From Hypanus sabinus (taxonomy: Eukaryota), in the NCBI RefSeq assembly GCF_030144855.1, contig NC_082708.1, positions 135,532,001 through 135,596,000 of the forward strand: a DNA stretch of 64,000 nt, given 5' to 3'. Of this stretch, positions 26,326 to 39,264 are shown one piece after another (positions within the stretch are counted from its first letter, which is position 1; every line of letters begins with the position of its first letter). The notes below the pieces were generated by a model, which was not told the origin of the DNA, made no database searches, and saw only the letters and a list, made by a program, of their open reading frames with translations. Both the position numbers and the translations under genes were made by a program.

Positions 26326-26535
26326 CACACAAAATGCTGGAAGAACTCAGCAGGTCAGACAGCAACCATGGAAATGAACAAAGAGTCAACATTTCGGGCC
26401 CAAGGTCAAACCCTTGATCTCGGCCAGAAACATTGATTGTTTGCTCATTTCCATGGATACTGCCTATTCTGCTGTTTTCTTCCACATTGTGTATGTTGCA
26501 TTGCATTTCCAGTATCTGCTGTATTTCTTGTGTGA
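26326..26535. mobile_element. Palindromic Penelope-pLTR-derived mini-element
   Basis: 'acacacaaaatgctggaagaactcagcagg...' followed by its degenerate reverse complement; axis near 26410. Confidence 0.65.
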
Positions 26536-27126
26536 AAGAAATGTGCCATTATTTAGGAACTTCTGGTCATGTCCTGAAAGTGGAACTGCATGTTGTAAAA
26601 AAAAGTGTCCATCACTGCTCTGAGCAGAAATAGTTAAATGAAAAGAAAAAGGTCATTCATTAACTCTAATCTGCAGAATATCATATTTTAGACTGATGAA
26701 AGATCAGTAAAGCATTGACTATTTTCTCACCACAGATTCTCCAATAAACTGCTGTATTTCATGTCACCAGTACCTGAAGTTTTAAACTGTGATTTCCAAA
26801 AGGTTCACCAGGCCTTTCTCTTTCCATATGCAGGTGACCTTCTGTGTGGTTCTAGCATTTATAGGTTACAAACACTGACTTCTGCACAGCCCAAACATAG
26901 GAATATGCATTTGGGAGACTGCCAGTGTGGATGTGTCTGCTGCTGCAGGCATCTGCCACCACATAGAGACTCTGTAGGTGGCTGCAATTCCAATTTGAGA
27001 ACTGTTCAGTTTATGAACAGTTCAGAGGAGCAGAAACCCAGGGACAACCTCTGTTCCTTTCCCTAATGAATGTGGTGTCAACTTATTTTCTCTTAATAAT
27101 TCCAAATCCTTCCAACTGAAGTTTTA

Positions 27127-28910
27127 AACACAGAAACCTACAGCACAATACAGGCCCTTCGGCCCACAAAGTTGTGCCGAACATGTCCCTACCTTAGAAA
27201 TTACGTTTATCTATGACCCTCTATTTTCCTAAGCTCCATGTACCTATCTAAAAGTCTCTTAAAAGACCCTAACGTATCCACCTCCACCACCGCTGCCGGC
27301 TGCCCACTCCACGCACTCACCACTCTCTGAGTAAAAAAACTTACCCCTGACATCTCCTCCTTACCTACTCCCCAGCACCTTAAACCTGTGTCTTCTTTTT
27401 AAAGGGGAAGTTTAGGTAATAATTTTGACTAGTTACTTTATTTCAATGTATTATTTTTGGTTTGAAATAATTAACATCAGTTTTATCAGTCTCATCCTCC
27501 ATCACTCCAAGGAGAAAAGGCCAAGTTCACTCAACCTATTCTCATAAGGCATGCTCCCCAATCCAGGCAATATTCTTGTAAATCTCTTCTGCACCCTTTT
27601 TATGGCTTCCACATCCTTACTGTAGTGAGACGACCAGAACTGAGCACAGTACTCCAAGTGGGGTCTGACCAGGGTCCTATAAAGCTGCAACATTACCTCT
27701 TGGCTCCTAAGTTCAAATCCACGATTGATAAAGGCCAATACACCATATGACTTCTTAATCACAGAATCAACCTGCGCAGCTGCTTTGAGCATCCTATGGA
27801 CTCGGACCCCAAGATTCCTCTGATCTTCCACACTGCCAAGAGTCTTACCATTAATACTATATTCTGCCATCATATTTGACCTAGCAAAATGAACCACATC
27901 ACACTTATCTGGGTTGAATTCCATCTGCCACTTCTCTCCCAGCCATACGTCCTATCAATGTAGCTCTGTAACCTCCTACACCCTTCCACACTATCCACAA
28001 CACCTCCAACCTTTGTGTCATCAGCAAACTTACTATCCTATCTCTCCACTTCCTCATCCAAGTCATTTATAAAAATCAAGAAGAGTAAGGGTCCCAGAAC
28101 AGATCCCTGAGGCACACCACTTGTGACCGACCTCCATGCCGAATATGACTCGAATACAACCATTCTTTGTCTTCTGTGGGCAAGCCAGTTCTGGACCCAC
28201 AAAGCAATGTCCTATTGGATCCCATGCCTCCTTACTTTCTCAATAAGCCTTGTATGGGGCACCTTAACAAATGCCTTACTGAAATCCATATACACTACAT
28301 CTACTGCTCTTTTTTCATCAATGTGTTTAGTCACATCCTCAAAAAATTCAATCAGGCTCGTAAGGCACGATCTGCCCTTGACAAAGCCATGTTGACTGTT
28401 CCTATTCATATTATACCTCTCCAAATGTTTATAAATCCTGCCTCTCAGAATCTTCTCCATCAACTTACCAACAACTGAGTTAAGACCCACTGGACTATAA
28501 TTTCCTGGGCTATCTCTACTCCCTTTCTTAAATAAAGGAACAACATCTGCAATGTTCCAATCCTCCGTAACCTCTCCCGTCCCCATTGATAATGCAAAGA
28601 TTATTGCCAGAGACTCAGCAATCTCCTCCCTTGCCTCCCATAGTAGCCTAGGGTACATCTCATCCAGTTCTGGCGACTTATCCAACTTGATGCTTTCCAA
28701 AAGCTCCAGCACATCCTCTTTCTTAATATCTACATGCTCAAGCTTTTCAGTCTGCTGCAAGTCATCACTACAATCACCAAGATTCTTTTCCATATTGAAT
28801 ACTGAAGTAAAGTATTCATTAAGTACCTCTGCTATTTCCTCCTGTTCCATACACTCTTTCCCACTATCACACTTGATAGGTCCTATTGCTTCACATTCTA
28901 TCTTCTTGCT
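27127..28910 (-). mobile_element. CR1 LINE, 5'-truncated, with an 89-bp non-LINE insert at 27398-27486
   Basis: ORFs 28212-28850 ('QHGFVKGRSCLTSLIEFFE...VYMDFSKAF') and 27502-27924 ('LVRPHLEYCAQFWS'); CR1 tail at 27127-27200. Confidence 0.93.
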
Positions 28911-29039
28911 TTGTTATCATAACATTACCACAGCAGTGAAAAAGGTATTCAAGCCACCAAGCCTATGTTGAAAAGCATTATATTTGCCATGTCGGATATA
29001 TTATTTTCTGCTATGAGCCCTCCCTTTTTTTTAATTGTT

Positions 29040-29215
29040 TATTAGAGATACAGTACAGTAACAGCCCCTGTTCAATTACACCCAAGTAACCAATTAACCT
29101 ACTAACTCCACGTCTCCAGAATGAGGGAGGAATGCCGAGCACCTTGAGGAAATGCACAAGGTCACAAGGAGAGTGTACAAATTCCTTGCAGACAATGGCG
29201 GGACTCAAACCAAGC
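29040..29215 (-). mobile_element. V-domain SINE fragment
   Basis: 'gggaggaatgccgagcaccttgaggaaatgcac...ggagagtgtacaaattcc' is a degenerate reverse complement of the V-SINE conserved domain. Confidence 0.6.
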
Positions 29216-30134
29216 AAACACAATCCCTTGGTCATGGCAGTGAGAAAGTTGTCTTTTTTTTCATCACTTTTGGCAAACAGTTTGTGAAATAAATCCCAGA
29301 TGGGGATTGTGGGCTAAAGGTGTTGTTTTCTGTGCTATACAACTCTATAGCTCTATAAGAGCTAGAAGAGTCAAGGTTTCTACCAGTGTGAATTGTTGCT
29401 CAACACAGTGATAGATTGTTATTATGTGTTCTTCCATTTGTGTGGCCAGCCACTCAACACATCCCATCACAACTGAAGATCCTTGACTGGTGCTTCATTA
29501 ATCAATGGAACAAAAGGAATTTCTGAAGACTTCATAACATGTGGAGTAGAGCTGAATTCCCCAAATAATCAGCAAAATCTGCTGGAAACTCAATCCATTT
29601 AAAAGGAAACATGAATTGTCTAAGTATGTACAAGGTTTAGAGGCCAAGGGTTTGAGAAGTGAACATTTGTTGTTTAGAAAAATAACCCTAGACACTGCTT
29701 ACTTTATCTGAAAGGAAAGAAGGCAGTGATAGCAGGCACTGAAGGAGATCCTGAAAAAGTGTTGACAACTAGCTTATTCTCTCTACAGAGGCCTTCAGCG
29801 GGTTGTAGTTCTCTGATGGTCTTCAATAGAGAGCTCTCTTGCTATTTGTAGCCTATATCTTACTGACTTTAAATAACTCTGCTGTTTCCTGTGACATAGA
29901 CAGGGAAGTGTGAAATAATATCTGAACAAATATAGCTAGGAACCACTTGTTGTGTTAATAAATGCCTCTGAAATACAATATTCTCTTATTTTGAATGTTA
30001 CCTTTGTTGTTTTTGATCTTAAAGTTTCATTTCTGACTTCTGTCTCAATATTCTAAATTATTGCTCTTAAACTTCAATCAAATGTTGATTTGTGATAAAT
30101 CCTTCCAGCTATAAGTTCAATATTTCATATTATT

Positions 30135-30470
30135 TGAGCGGAAAATTCTACAAAAGGTTGTGGATTCAGCCCAGTACATCAAACCCTCCCAACCACTGAG
30201 CACATCTGCATGAAATGTTGCTATAGGAAAACAGCATCAGTCATCAAAGATCCTCACCACCCAGGCCACGCTCTTTTCTCATTGCTGGCATCATGTAGAA
30301 GGTACAGGTGCCTCAGGACCTGCACCACCAGGTTCAAGAACAGTTACTACCCCTAAAATATCAGGCTCTTGAATTAAAGGGGATAGCTACACTCATTTAA
30401 GGAATCTGTTATATTGTTGGATGTAATATTGATATTTCATGCTCATTATTTATTGCTAGTTATTTATACA
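30135..30470 (+). mobile_element. Rex1/Babar-like LINE 3' fragment
   Basis: 'IKDPHHPGHALFSLL...RRYRCLRTCTTRFKNSYYP' C-terminal ORF motif. Confidence 0.7.
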
Positions 30471-30664
30471 TAAATATATATTAAAACCTCCAACAGACAT
30501 GTTATGATTCAGAAGAAAACAATTACTCATGTGTTCTGTTGTTTTGTAATCCCTCAGGAGAAGGAATAATTTCTTCCACTCTGGCATTCTGAGGCCAGTG
30601 TGGGAACTGAACATTCTTTCACCTGTGGAAAAGGATATACATAACAGTTGAGCAGACAGCCAGC

Positions 30665-31235
30665 ATCATAGAAACATAGATCAATATAGCATGTATACAG
30701 ACCCTTCAGCCTAATCAATCCATGCCAACCACTGCTAGTCCCAAGTTCCTGCATATCTTTCTATGTACCTATATACCCTCTCCTCCATGTACCTATCCAA
30801 GCATCCCTTAATTGATACTGTTGTACCAGCCTCAACTACTTCCAGTAGCTGGTTATTCCATATACTCACCTTACTCTGTGTGAAAAAGTTGCCCCTTAAG
30901 TCCCTTTTACATCTTTCCCTTCTCATCTTAAACATACGTCTCCTAGTTCTGGACCATTAATATCCGTCATATCTATGCCTCTCATATTTTTAAACAATTC
31001 TGTAAGGTTACCCCTCATTTTCCTACATTCCGAGGAATTAAGATACTAAACAACCGCTCAGGTCCTCTTGTGCTGTCCTCATAAATTTTTTCTGCACCAT
31101 TTCCAGTTTAACCATGTATTTCCCCTAGCAGGGAGACCAAAACTCGTACACAGTACTTCACTGATCACCTATGCAACTGCAACAGAACGTCCCAACTCCT
31201 AGACTTAGTTCTCTAGCCGATGAATACCAGCATGC
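30665..31235 (-). mobile_element. CR1 3' fragment
   Basis: 'RDLRGNFFTQ...VSIWN...VVEAGT' (30735-30935); tail 'catagaaacatag'. Confidence 0.8.
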
Positions 31236-32999
31236 TCACTTCTGTTCTAAATGCTTATTGCTTACTTTTATTGTTTGCCACAATTTTCTTTTCTCTTTCT
31301 CTGCACGTTGGTGTTTGTCAGTCTTTGTTATGGGTACTTGTGAGTTTCTTGCTTTGTGACTGCCTGTAAGGAGACAAATCTCCAGGATGTATAATGTACA
31401 CATAATTTGATAATATATTTACTTTGTTGAATATCTTTATCATCACCTTGTTAATACGTAATGCTACTTTCAATGAGAATTCACTTATGCATGCAACCTC
31501 TATAGCTAGCCCAAAACCAAGCACAACCTCACTAATTACCTGTTCAACTGCAATATAATGTCCCAGAAGTCCTAGACTCAGTACTCTGCCAGCATACAGA
31601 ACGTTTATCGCCTGCGAAAGGAGCTGGTTAGTTTAGTTTACTTCTTGTAAAGCAGAGGATTTTTTGGAGATAGCATGGATGTTACTTCTAATGCTTTGAG
31701 ACTGCTGTAGGGAGTCTATCATACAATCTCGGTCATGTGGTATACAGTTACAAATCTGTTGTAGAAGATCATTGATAAAATACAGGCACATAAAAAAATA
31801 AAATACAGTAGATACAGAAAATCTAGAATAAAAATTGCTTTGAGAAAATAATGCTGCAATAGAATCATATGTGTAATGCCTTCTGACACACTGACAATGC
31901 AAATCTATTTTGACTGGCAATTGCAGTTGGCACAGTCCTAAACTTAGACCTGTTCATTTTTACTGCATTTGCACTGTAAAATATTTGGCAAATGATCAAA
32001 AGGAGTTTTATTGTCTGTAAATGCTACTATGGATTGTGCTTTAAAGCAGTTTCCTGATCAATCAAACACTTCCTTTGTTTTAGAAAAGTTGGAGGTTGTT
32101 CCTCTTATACATGCCTGTCATAATTGTGCTGTGCTTTCCAGAAAATAAATTGCACATTTACAACTGAATAATTGACCTGAACCTTGGCAACAGCGCTTTT
32201 GACTGAAATGTATCTGAGATGTATACTGTGATAAGATGGCCTACGTAGTTTCAGTTCAATGAAGAACACTATTTACGTGCTCATGTGAGACCTCAATTGC
32301 TTTCTTTTTAGGATTTCATGTGGCATAATAGCAGATTCATTTGGAGGCAACTATCTCTTGAAATGAAGCTGCTTGGTTCTGAGTGAGCCAAAATGCATTG
32401 AGAAATTATAGACTGCTGGAAAATCCTCCATGTTTTTGTATGCTTTAACAAATAGATTCGAGCAACTAAAGGCTAATTTGAGACTAATAGAGCACAGTGT
32501 TTTCATTATTCATATTTATTTCTCTTTAATCTTTCAACAAGACTGCAGAACAGAACAAGTCTTCAGTCAAGCATTTCCAGCAGCATCTCTGATTTTTCAT
32601 GTATACTGTATACAGCATGTAAATTCTCTTTCAAGAGTATTGCCATTTTAAATGTTGTCATCTTACATGTGTGCATTTGCGAGTAACAAATATATTATTT
32701 TTGTCATCTGCTGATGAATTTTAAGCATCATGGGCTATAGTTCTATTGTGTTAGTGATTCATTTTGAAGCAATGCTTGAGTAATTCAAAGTTCAAAATCA
32801 TTTTCAGAGAAAATATGGCAATTAGCTTGTTTCATGCTTATTGAAAATTTTGATCAAGTATGTCTTGCAGATCGATCACAGTGCATATGGGGGGCATCAA
32901 TCTTTTTTTTCAATCCCTCTGCAACTATACAATATATATATTTTGTAATTAACACATTCTGTGTGACACATAAAGTAAGATAGATCTTAATAGCAGAAG

Positions 33000-33605
33000 G
33001 TAGTTGGACTGTATTATTATAATAGAGGACCTGGAGAGAATAAACACGATATATTATGGGCAGTTTTAGTCTCCTACCTAAGAAAGGAGATATTTGTCAT
33101 AGAATGAATGCAACTAAGACTGACTCCTGAGATGGTGGGAACATCATACAAGCAGAGATTTGAGCCTACTGGAGATTAGAAGACTAAATGAGGAGATCAC
33201 ATTAAAATGCACAAATGTTTAACAGGATTTACCAAGCTGGATGTAACAAGGCTATTTCCGAAGCTGGGGTGGGGGGTGGTCATGGAGGAGAGTTCTAGAA
33301 ACAAAAATTATAGTCTCAGAAAACAGGATAATTTATTTCAGGCTGAATCCAGGATAAATATCTTCATTTGAGGTGGGTGATGGGGCGGAAGGGGGCAGTG
33401 GTGAACCTTTGGAATTCTCTACCAGAGAAAGCTGTAGAACCAAACCATTGAATATACTTAAGAAGGATGGAATGGATTTCTAGGCATAAAAGGTGTTCAG
33501 AGGTGCAGACATGGTATTAAGATAGAGAATCTGATATGATTGTGTTGACTTGCAGAGTAGACTTTAAGGGAAAATGGCTTATCTCTGCTGATGTTTTCCT
33601 ACATT
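33000..33605 (+). mobile_element. Highly decayed CR1 3' fragment
   Basis: Degenerate 'QF.SP.LRK' and 'VVNLWNSLPEKAVE' motifs plus a CR1-like tail. Confidence 0.6.
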
Positions 33606-34524
33606 TCCAAGTTTCTTTTACTAGTTGATTTCAAACAATACTTTTAATTTATCACAGACATATCTTCTGAGAGGAAAATTTGCCTTATTTGATAGTTGCT
33701 TTATTTCATTAATGTTTTATTTTATTTAAGCAAAGACTGAAGAAAATACATCCAAAGATACTTTTACTCGAAGAAAATTAAAAGTCTGCCTACACCAACC
33801 AAAACACTTGAAAATAAGTGTCTCAATTAAAGGACATTGTCATCTCTTGATTAGTCATTGCTTTTGCTGAACTGCTACTTTTATGAAGGAAAACAAGGTA
33901 AGAGGAAAATTTTGTGAAGAAGAGGTGATTTTCTACATTTTAATATTAGCATATGATATCATGAATGTGCTATTTCAGGCAGCCCTTGTAAAATCCCAAT
34001 TCTTGGAATTTTATTTGTGTAAACTGTCTGAAACTAAATTTGAATGTTCAAATGTTAATACAGAAAAATTAAGTATTGCTGATGACACAAGAGAAAAAGA
34101 CTCATGTTGAGTTGCAAATAATCAGAACTTAGATATTTATTTATTTATTTGTTTATTTATTCCACTCTACTGTTACATCCTACCTTAGTTTTCCAATTAT
34201 TTACAAAAAGTTAATTGATTCGTACATTAATTGCTCTTTAAGTTCACTGAGGAAAGTTATGTATCACAATAAAGAGTGTAAGAATACTTCAAATAATTTG
34301 TTAAAGTTTGCATAATGTGAAAAGGAACTAGTTAAGCACTTTAATGCAAAAAAAGGAATAAATTAAGCTCTTTGATGTCATCACTGCACTTGATAATGTA
34401 TTATGAATTATTTTAATAATATCAAATGTGAATGTTCTACATTTTTACATTTATTTTTCTGATTCTTTATTTCTCTCTTAACTAAATTATTTCTCTCTCC
34501 TCTGTTTTTCTCTCTCACACATAA

Positions 34525-35710
34525 AGATGATACAACGATGAGATGTCCTACTGAGAGGAAGTGAAAGAGCTCAAGGTCTGATGCCAGGCAAATAACCTCT
34601 TCCTCAGTGTCAATAAGACAAAGGAGGTGGTTATCAAATTCAGGAAAACCAGCAGCAGTCATACCCATCTTCACAGCGGTAGCACAGCAGTAGAAACAGT
34701 GAGCAGTTTCAGACTCCTGGGAGTGCACATCTCACACGATTTCCAGAACACATCCTGCGCAGGCAAGAAAGCTCACTGGCACCCCTACTTTCTGAGGAAG
34801 CTGAAGAGAGCAATACTCACAACCTTCTACAAATGCACAGTGGTGAGCACCCTAAACCGCTGTATCACTGTATGTTATGGAAATTGCACTGCAGTGCATT
34901 GGAAGACTCCGTAATGAGTAGTGAAAATTGCCCAATGCATCACCATCACCAGCACCAGCCTACCAACGATCAAGGATATTTATACCGAAAGGTGCCAGAT
35001 AAAGGCCAGCAATATCGTGAAGGATCCCACCCACCCTGCTCATGGGCTGTTTGTCCCAGTCCCATAAGGAAAAAGGCTATGCAACATCCATACCAGGACC
35101 ACTAGACTCAAAAAGAGTTATTTCCCCAAGGCTGATCAACACCTCTACCCTGTTACCCACCGCACCAAACCCCACCACCACTACATACATATTACCGAGC
35201 ATCACTTTCTATACGTACAATCAGTCTATGTATATAACAGTTACTTCCATATTGTGCTTAATAGAACTACTTTTATATTTATATTTATTGTACTGTTTTT
35301 TAATTTCTGTTCTGTATGGCTACTGTGTTTTTTTAATGCTGCATCAGATCCAGAGTAATAATCATTTTGTTCTCCTTTACATTTGTGTCTTCTCTTCTTC
35401 GGCTGTCCATCGACTTCAATGTTGACTGAGGCCTGGGCAAGGTTGTATGGAAGACCAGCAGTTACCCATGCTGCAAGTCTCCCCTCTCCACGCCACCGAT
35501 GCTGTCCAAGGGAAGGGCGCTAGGCCGATGCAGCTTGGCACCAGTATCATCACAGAGCAATGTGTGGTTAAATGCCTTCCTCAAGGACACACATGCTGCC
35601 TCAGCTGAGGCTCAAACTAGCGACCTTCAGATCACCAGACCAACACCTTAGCCACTTGACCATGCGCCAACACTCGTGTAATGTAATATGACAATAAACT
35701 ATCTTGAATC
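34525..35710 (+). mobile_element. Rex1/Babar-like LINE 3' portion, with a SINE inserted in its 3' UTR
   Basis: 'SVNKTKEVVIKFRK', 'VSSFRLLGVHIS', 'FYKCTVVSTLNRCITVCYGNC', 'KDPTHPAH'; the tail 'atgacaataaac...ttgaatc' resumes after the SINE. Confidence 0.75.
35389..35671 (-). mobile_element. tRNA-derived CORE-like SINE (same head and body as 4774-5077, different 3' tail)
   Basis: A box TGGTCAAGTGG and B-like AGTTTGAGCC; degenerate TSD acatttgtgt / acactcgtgt. Confidence 0.8.
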
Positions 35711-38310
35711 AGGGTCACAGATGGCTGAAAGTATGCTCCCAAGCATGGATCATACTTGTAGTCTTCTGATTTGTCAGATGGCTTTTTCATAGTTTCTAAA
35801 TTTATCTGACGGTATCATTTGAATGCAGATTAAAGCTTAAAAGCTGCTATATTTACTTAAAAACATAAAACTGATATTAATTATTTCAAACCAAAAATAA
35901 TACATTGAAATAAAGTAACTAGTCAAAATTATTACCTAAACTTCCCCTTTAAATTAATGTCAGTAACCTCATTCAAATACACGTAGCTCTGCATTTGAAC
36001 TCCAGTGTGTTCCTATCTCCCACACAACGCATCTATCTGGTAGTTCTTTAGTAACTCAATGGCTAATGATTAGCACATTACTGCCCAAGGAAAAGTACCT
36101 TGATCTGCATCAAACATTCCAGTACACACAACTGAATGTATTCCTTTCTAATCAGCAGAACATTTTTGTGACCCAAAGAATAAAAGCCATACTAATTAAG
36201 TGTAACTAAACCCAGAAATTCAATTTTTATCTATATAATTACCTTTCGATTGCATTCTTGTTTAAGAAATTCCTCACTCTTTTCTGCCATCAGTGCCTGC
36301 TTAAAGCAGGCGAGTAATTTTATCCATGAAAATTACACTCCACAAAACCATGGGAACAGAGCAAGAAGCACTTACAGAGAAAAATTCCAAAACAAAGCAG
36401 ATTGTGGGAGACAGATATCTGAACCAAGGATTTCAACAGAAGCAGTAACAAATCAAAGAATGTCAACAGCCTAGTTATCTTCAGTGCTCTTTTCTTAATC
36501 TATGCACAGGCTTTCCATTTGTTTAAGCAAGAATTTTGTTTGATTGTAAATCCTAAAAATCTATGACTTCTTCCAAGCTTTGGCTAATGCAAAACAAAGG
36601 CACGTCTAAATTTTCCTAACAAGATTGTTAACTCTTGCCAGCAACAAATCCAGATGAAAATGGTGTTACTATATTTAGCAGATTTTCTGGAGTTTGATTT
36701 GCTGATGAAGACAATTTTAATAGTTTGGATAATAAATGCTACCACATCAAGACAAAGGCAAAATAAGTAACTATATTTAAGAAGTTAAGTAATTATAAAA
36801 TGACAGAGTAGGTGACTCAGAAAATAAAATTTCCAATCCCTCTTTGTAAGTGACATTTTGAGCACTAACTTGTGTATTGAACTCAAATGGTTAATATGAA
36901 ATCCAACCATTAAATGAGAAAACTGTTATGCCAACATTAAACTTAAACAAACACTCCTTTTTATATTACCTTGATATCGTAATGTTCTTTCCTTCCCTGT
37001 AACCATTTATTGTGTTTTTTGATTGATTTATTTGATAATTATCCCAGATGATCTCAGACTGATACACAAACAAACTCCTGTCCAGAGTAAACACAGGGAA
37101 AACAAACAATCACTTGTTTGAGTCAAATATTAATTAACTCTTAAATAATATAGCGCCAGCGAAGAATTAACACTTCCAGCAAACAATTCCAAACTAACAC
37201 TTGAACAGGGATCTGGATTATGTTACATTTAATCAAAAGTTTACATTGACAATTTTCCCATCATGTGATGCCACAGTCTTTTATGTACATTGAGTTTTGG
37301 GGAGGTACAAGTATTTATTTGGATTGAATGACAATTTAATGCTGCTGCATTTAGTGTTCCAACTTAAAAAAGGATCTGGAGAATGAAATCAGAAGATTTT
37401 CATAGTGCTTGATTAGAGGATTCAGAATGTCTTATATGTTTTTTATAGAATTCATTAGAAATTCAGCTATGTAATGTAAGGATCCTATGTTAACTAAGGA
37501 CCTTATGCAATGTACAATAGTTTAAGCATATTAAAAAAGTCATTGCCGTGCAGGCTGGCAAAATATATCCCGGTACCCCATGCATATGGCATATGTTTCT
37601 GCTCATTTTAATGAAGAAGGCCTGGGATTTACTATATTCATGAACACATTGTGCACATTGTGTGCATAGGAAATCTGATCACTCACAAAACTGGCTCAGA
37701 TTACTGCATTCCACCACTTCCATGAAAGTTTTCAAATGCCTCATCCAGTGACTTCCTCACATGTAAAAAAATATGGTGGCCAGACACATGAATATTACAT
37801 TTCTAATATTAAAATAAACAGATGACGAGATCAGTGTTTTTACATAACTTAACATTCCCAACTCCAATACAAAGAAATCCCTATATGTGTTTGAGTAGGT
37901 ATGCAGAGAGGTTGGGTGAAAGCAGTTTGTCATGAAAAGTTATACAGGATGAGTGACAGTAAATTGGAGCTCATTTCGTACACCACCATGTTTTCTGTTC
38001 TGTTGATTTCAATGTAAAATTTTATTGGTGAGGTTCAGTTTAGCTTGTTTTGCACATGCCAGCGAGGTAAATTTTGCTCTCTCTTTTAGGCAGCAGTAGG
38101 ATGAGTGTGAAGAAAAAGCTGCTGCTTCTTTATATATGGAATAAGAAGCATAAGCTGAGGCATTTGTGTTTCCACCATGTGGAATCCATTTACTGTACAG
38201 CATTAAGGCTCAACTATACAGAATTTTCAACTGAAATTCAATATTCCCAAGGTCAGTGAGGGGAGATGAATTCACTTTTTCTTCATGGGGTGAATAAAAT
38301 TGAATCCATC

Positions 38311-38616
38311 TTATATAGCACAGTGCTGACATGTCACTGCTGCAGAAAAACAACAAGAGGCACCACGTCTGCTACGTACATCTCTCACCACAATGGTAAT
38401 CATGATGATTAAGTTAAAGTCACTACAACTGAAAGGTTTAATTAACACTCGGATCAAGTTTTCCTCGTCTTTACTTTGGGGAAAAGGAAGGAATTCCTCG
38501 AGGAGTTTCGAGTAGGAGGGAGCTGCAGTCTTCATCATTTTTAGCACTAATGGATACACCTGCCCAATGTCCAGCTTGGCAGCTCCTCGTAGCTCTCAGA
38601 ATGTTGCTATGGCAAT
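38311..38616. promoter_or_regulatory. Candidate regulatory element or alternative promoter in a repeat-free island
   Basis: TATA-like ttatatag (38311), palindrome TGACATGTCA (38327-38336), RFX X-box-like GTTGCTATGGCAAT (38603-38616), locally retained CpGs. Motif matches only. Confidence 0.3.
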
Positions 38617-39264
38617 GCTGTCAGGAGAGGGAAGGGAAAAAAAAACAAGGTTAAGGTAGAATGATGCTGTTTCAAAAAATAACACGCACATATAGATTGG
38701 TGTCAGCACATCCCCAATGCTCCTGGGTCTGAGGGTACGAGTGTAATTCAGCCCTTTACAGCTGTGCTAGAGTTTAAGTGGTCTGCAGCGTTGTGCCTCT
38801 TGTTTCAGAAAACTCTCCATCACGTTCAGTAGTCCCAATGGCCTGCAGACTAATTACCACGTAGCAAAAATTGCACTTGCCTCCACCATAGAGGAGAGAT
38901 TTGAAGGTCAGAGTTTTCTATTTACTTTGTGGACTATCAGTGTAGTAGCAACACAGTTACAATTATATTTTGTATTAATGTAATGAAAGAAAAAGCTGTC
39001 TGATGGCTTGGCATTCAATTGCCTGAAATAGCTGTCGTACTTGTCTGCCAGTCACCAGAACCAACAGGCCTCGATTTTTCCATCTCTTTTTTTTACTTCT
39101 TTCTGTATTTGTTTCTGCACAGTGGGTGGCGATCGTCTTATGGATCTTTGCCACTAAAGTATAAACATGACTATTTGATAATGGAGAGAAGGCAGCAAAA
39201 CTACTTAATTCCAAAGACTTGTGCATGCATGATTTCCAAGCATCAGTCATTGGACTTCAGTTAA

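Noticed and set aside
38470-38545. Minus-strand ATGATGA...GAAAC-palindrome resembling a hammerhead, C/D box or SECIS
   Set aside because: Lacks the C of CUGA, stem II does not pair, there is no D box at a plausible distance, and SECIS spacing is wrong.
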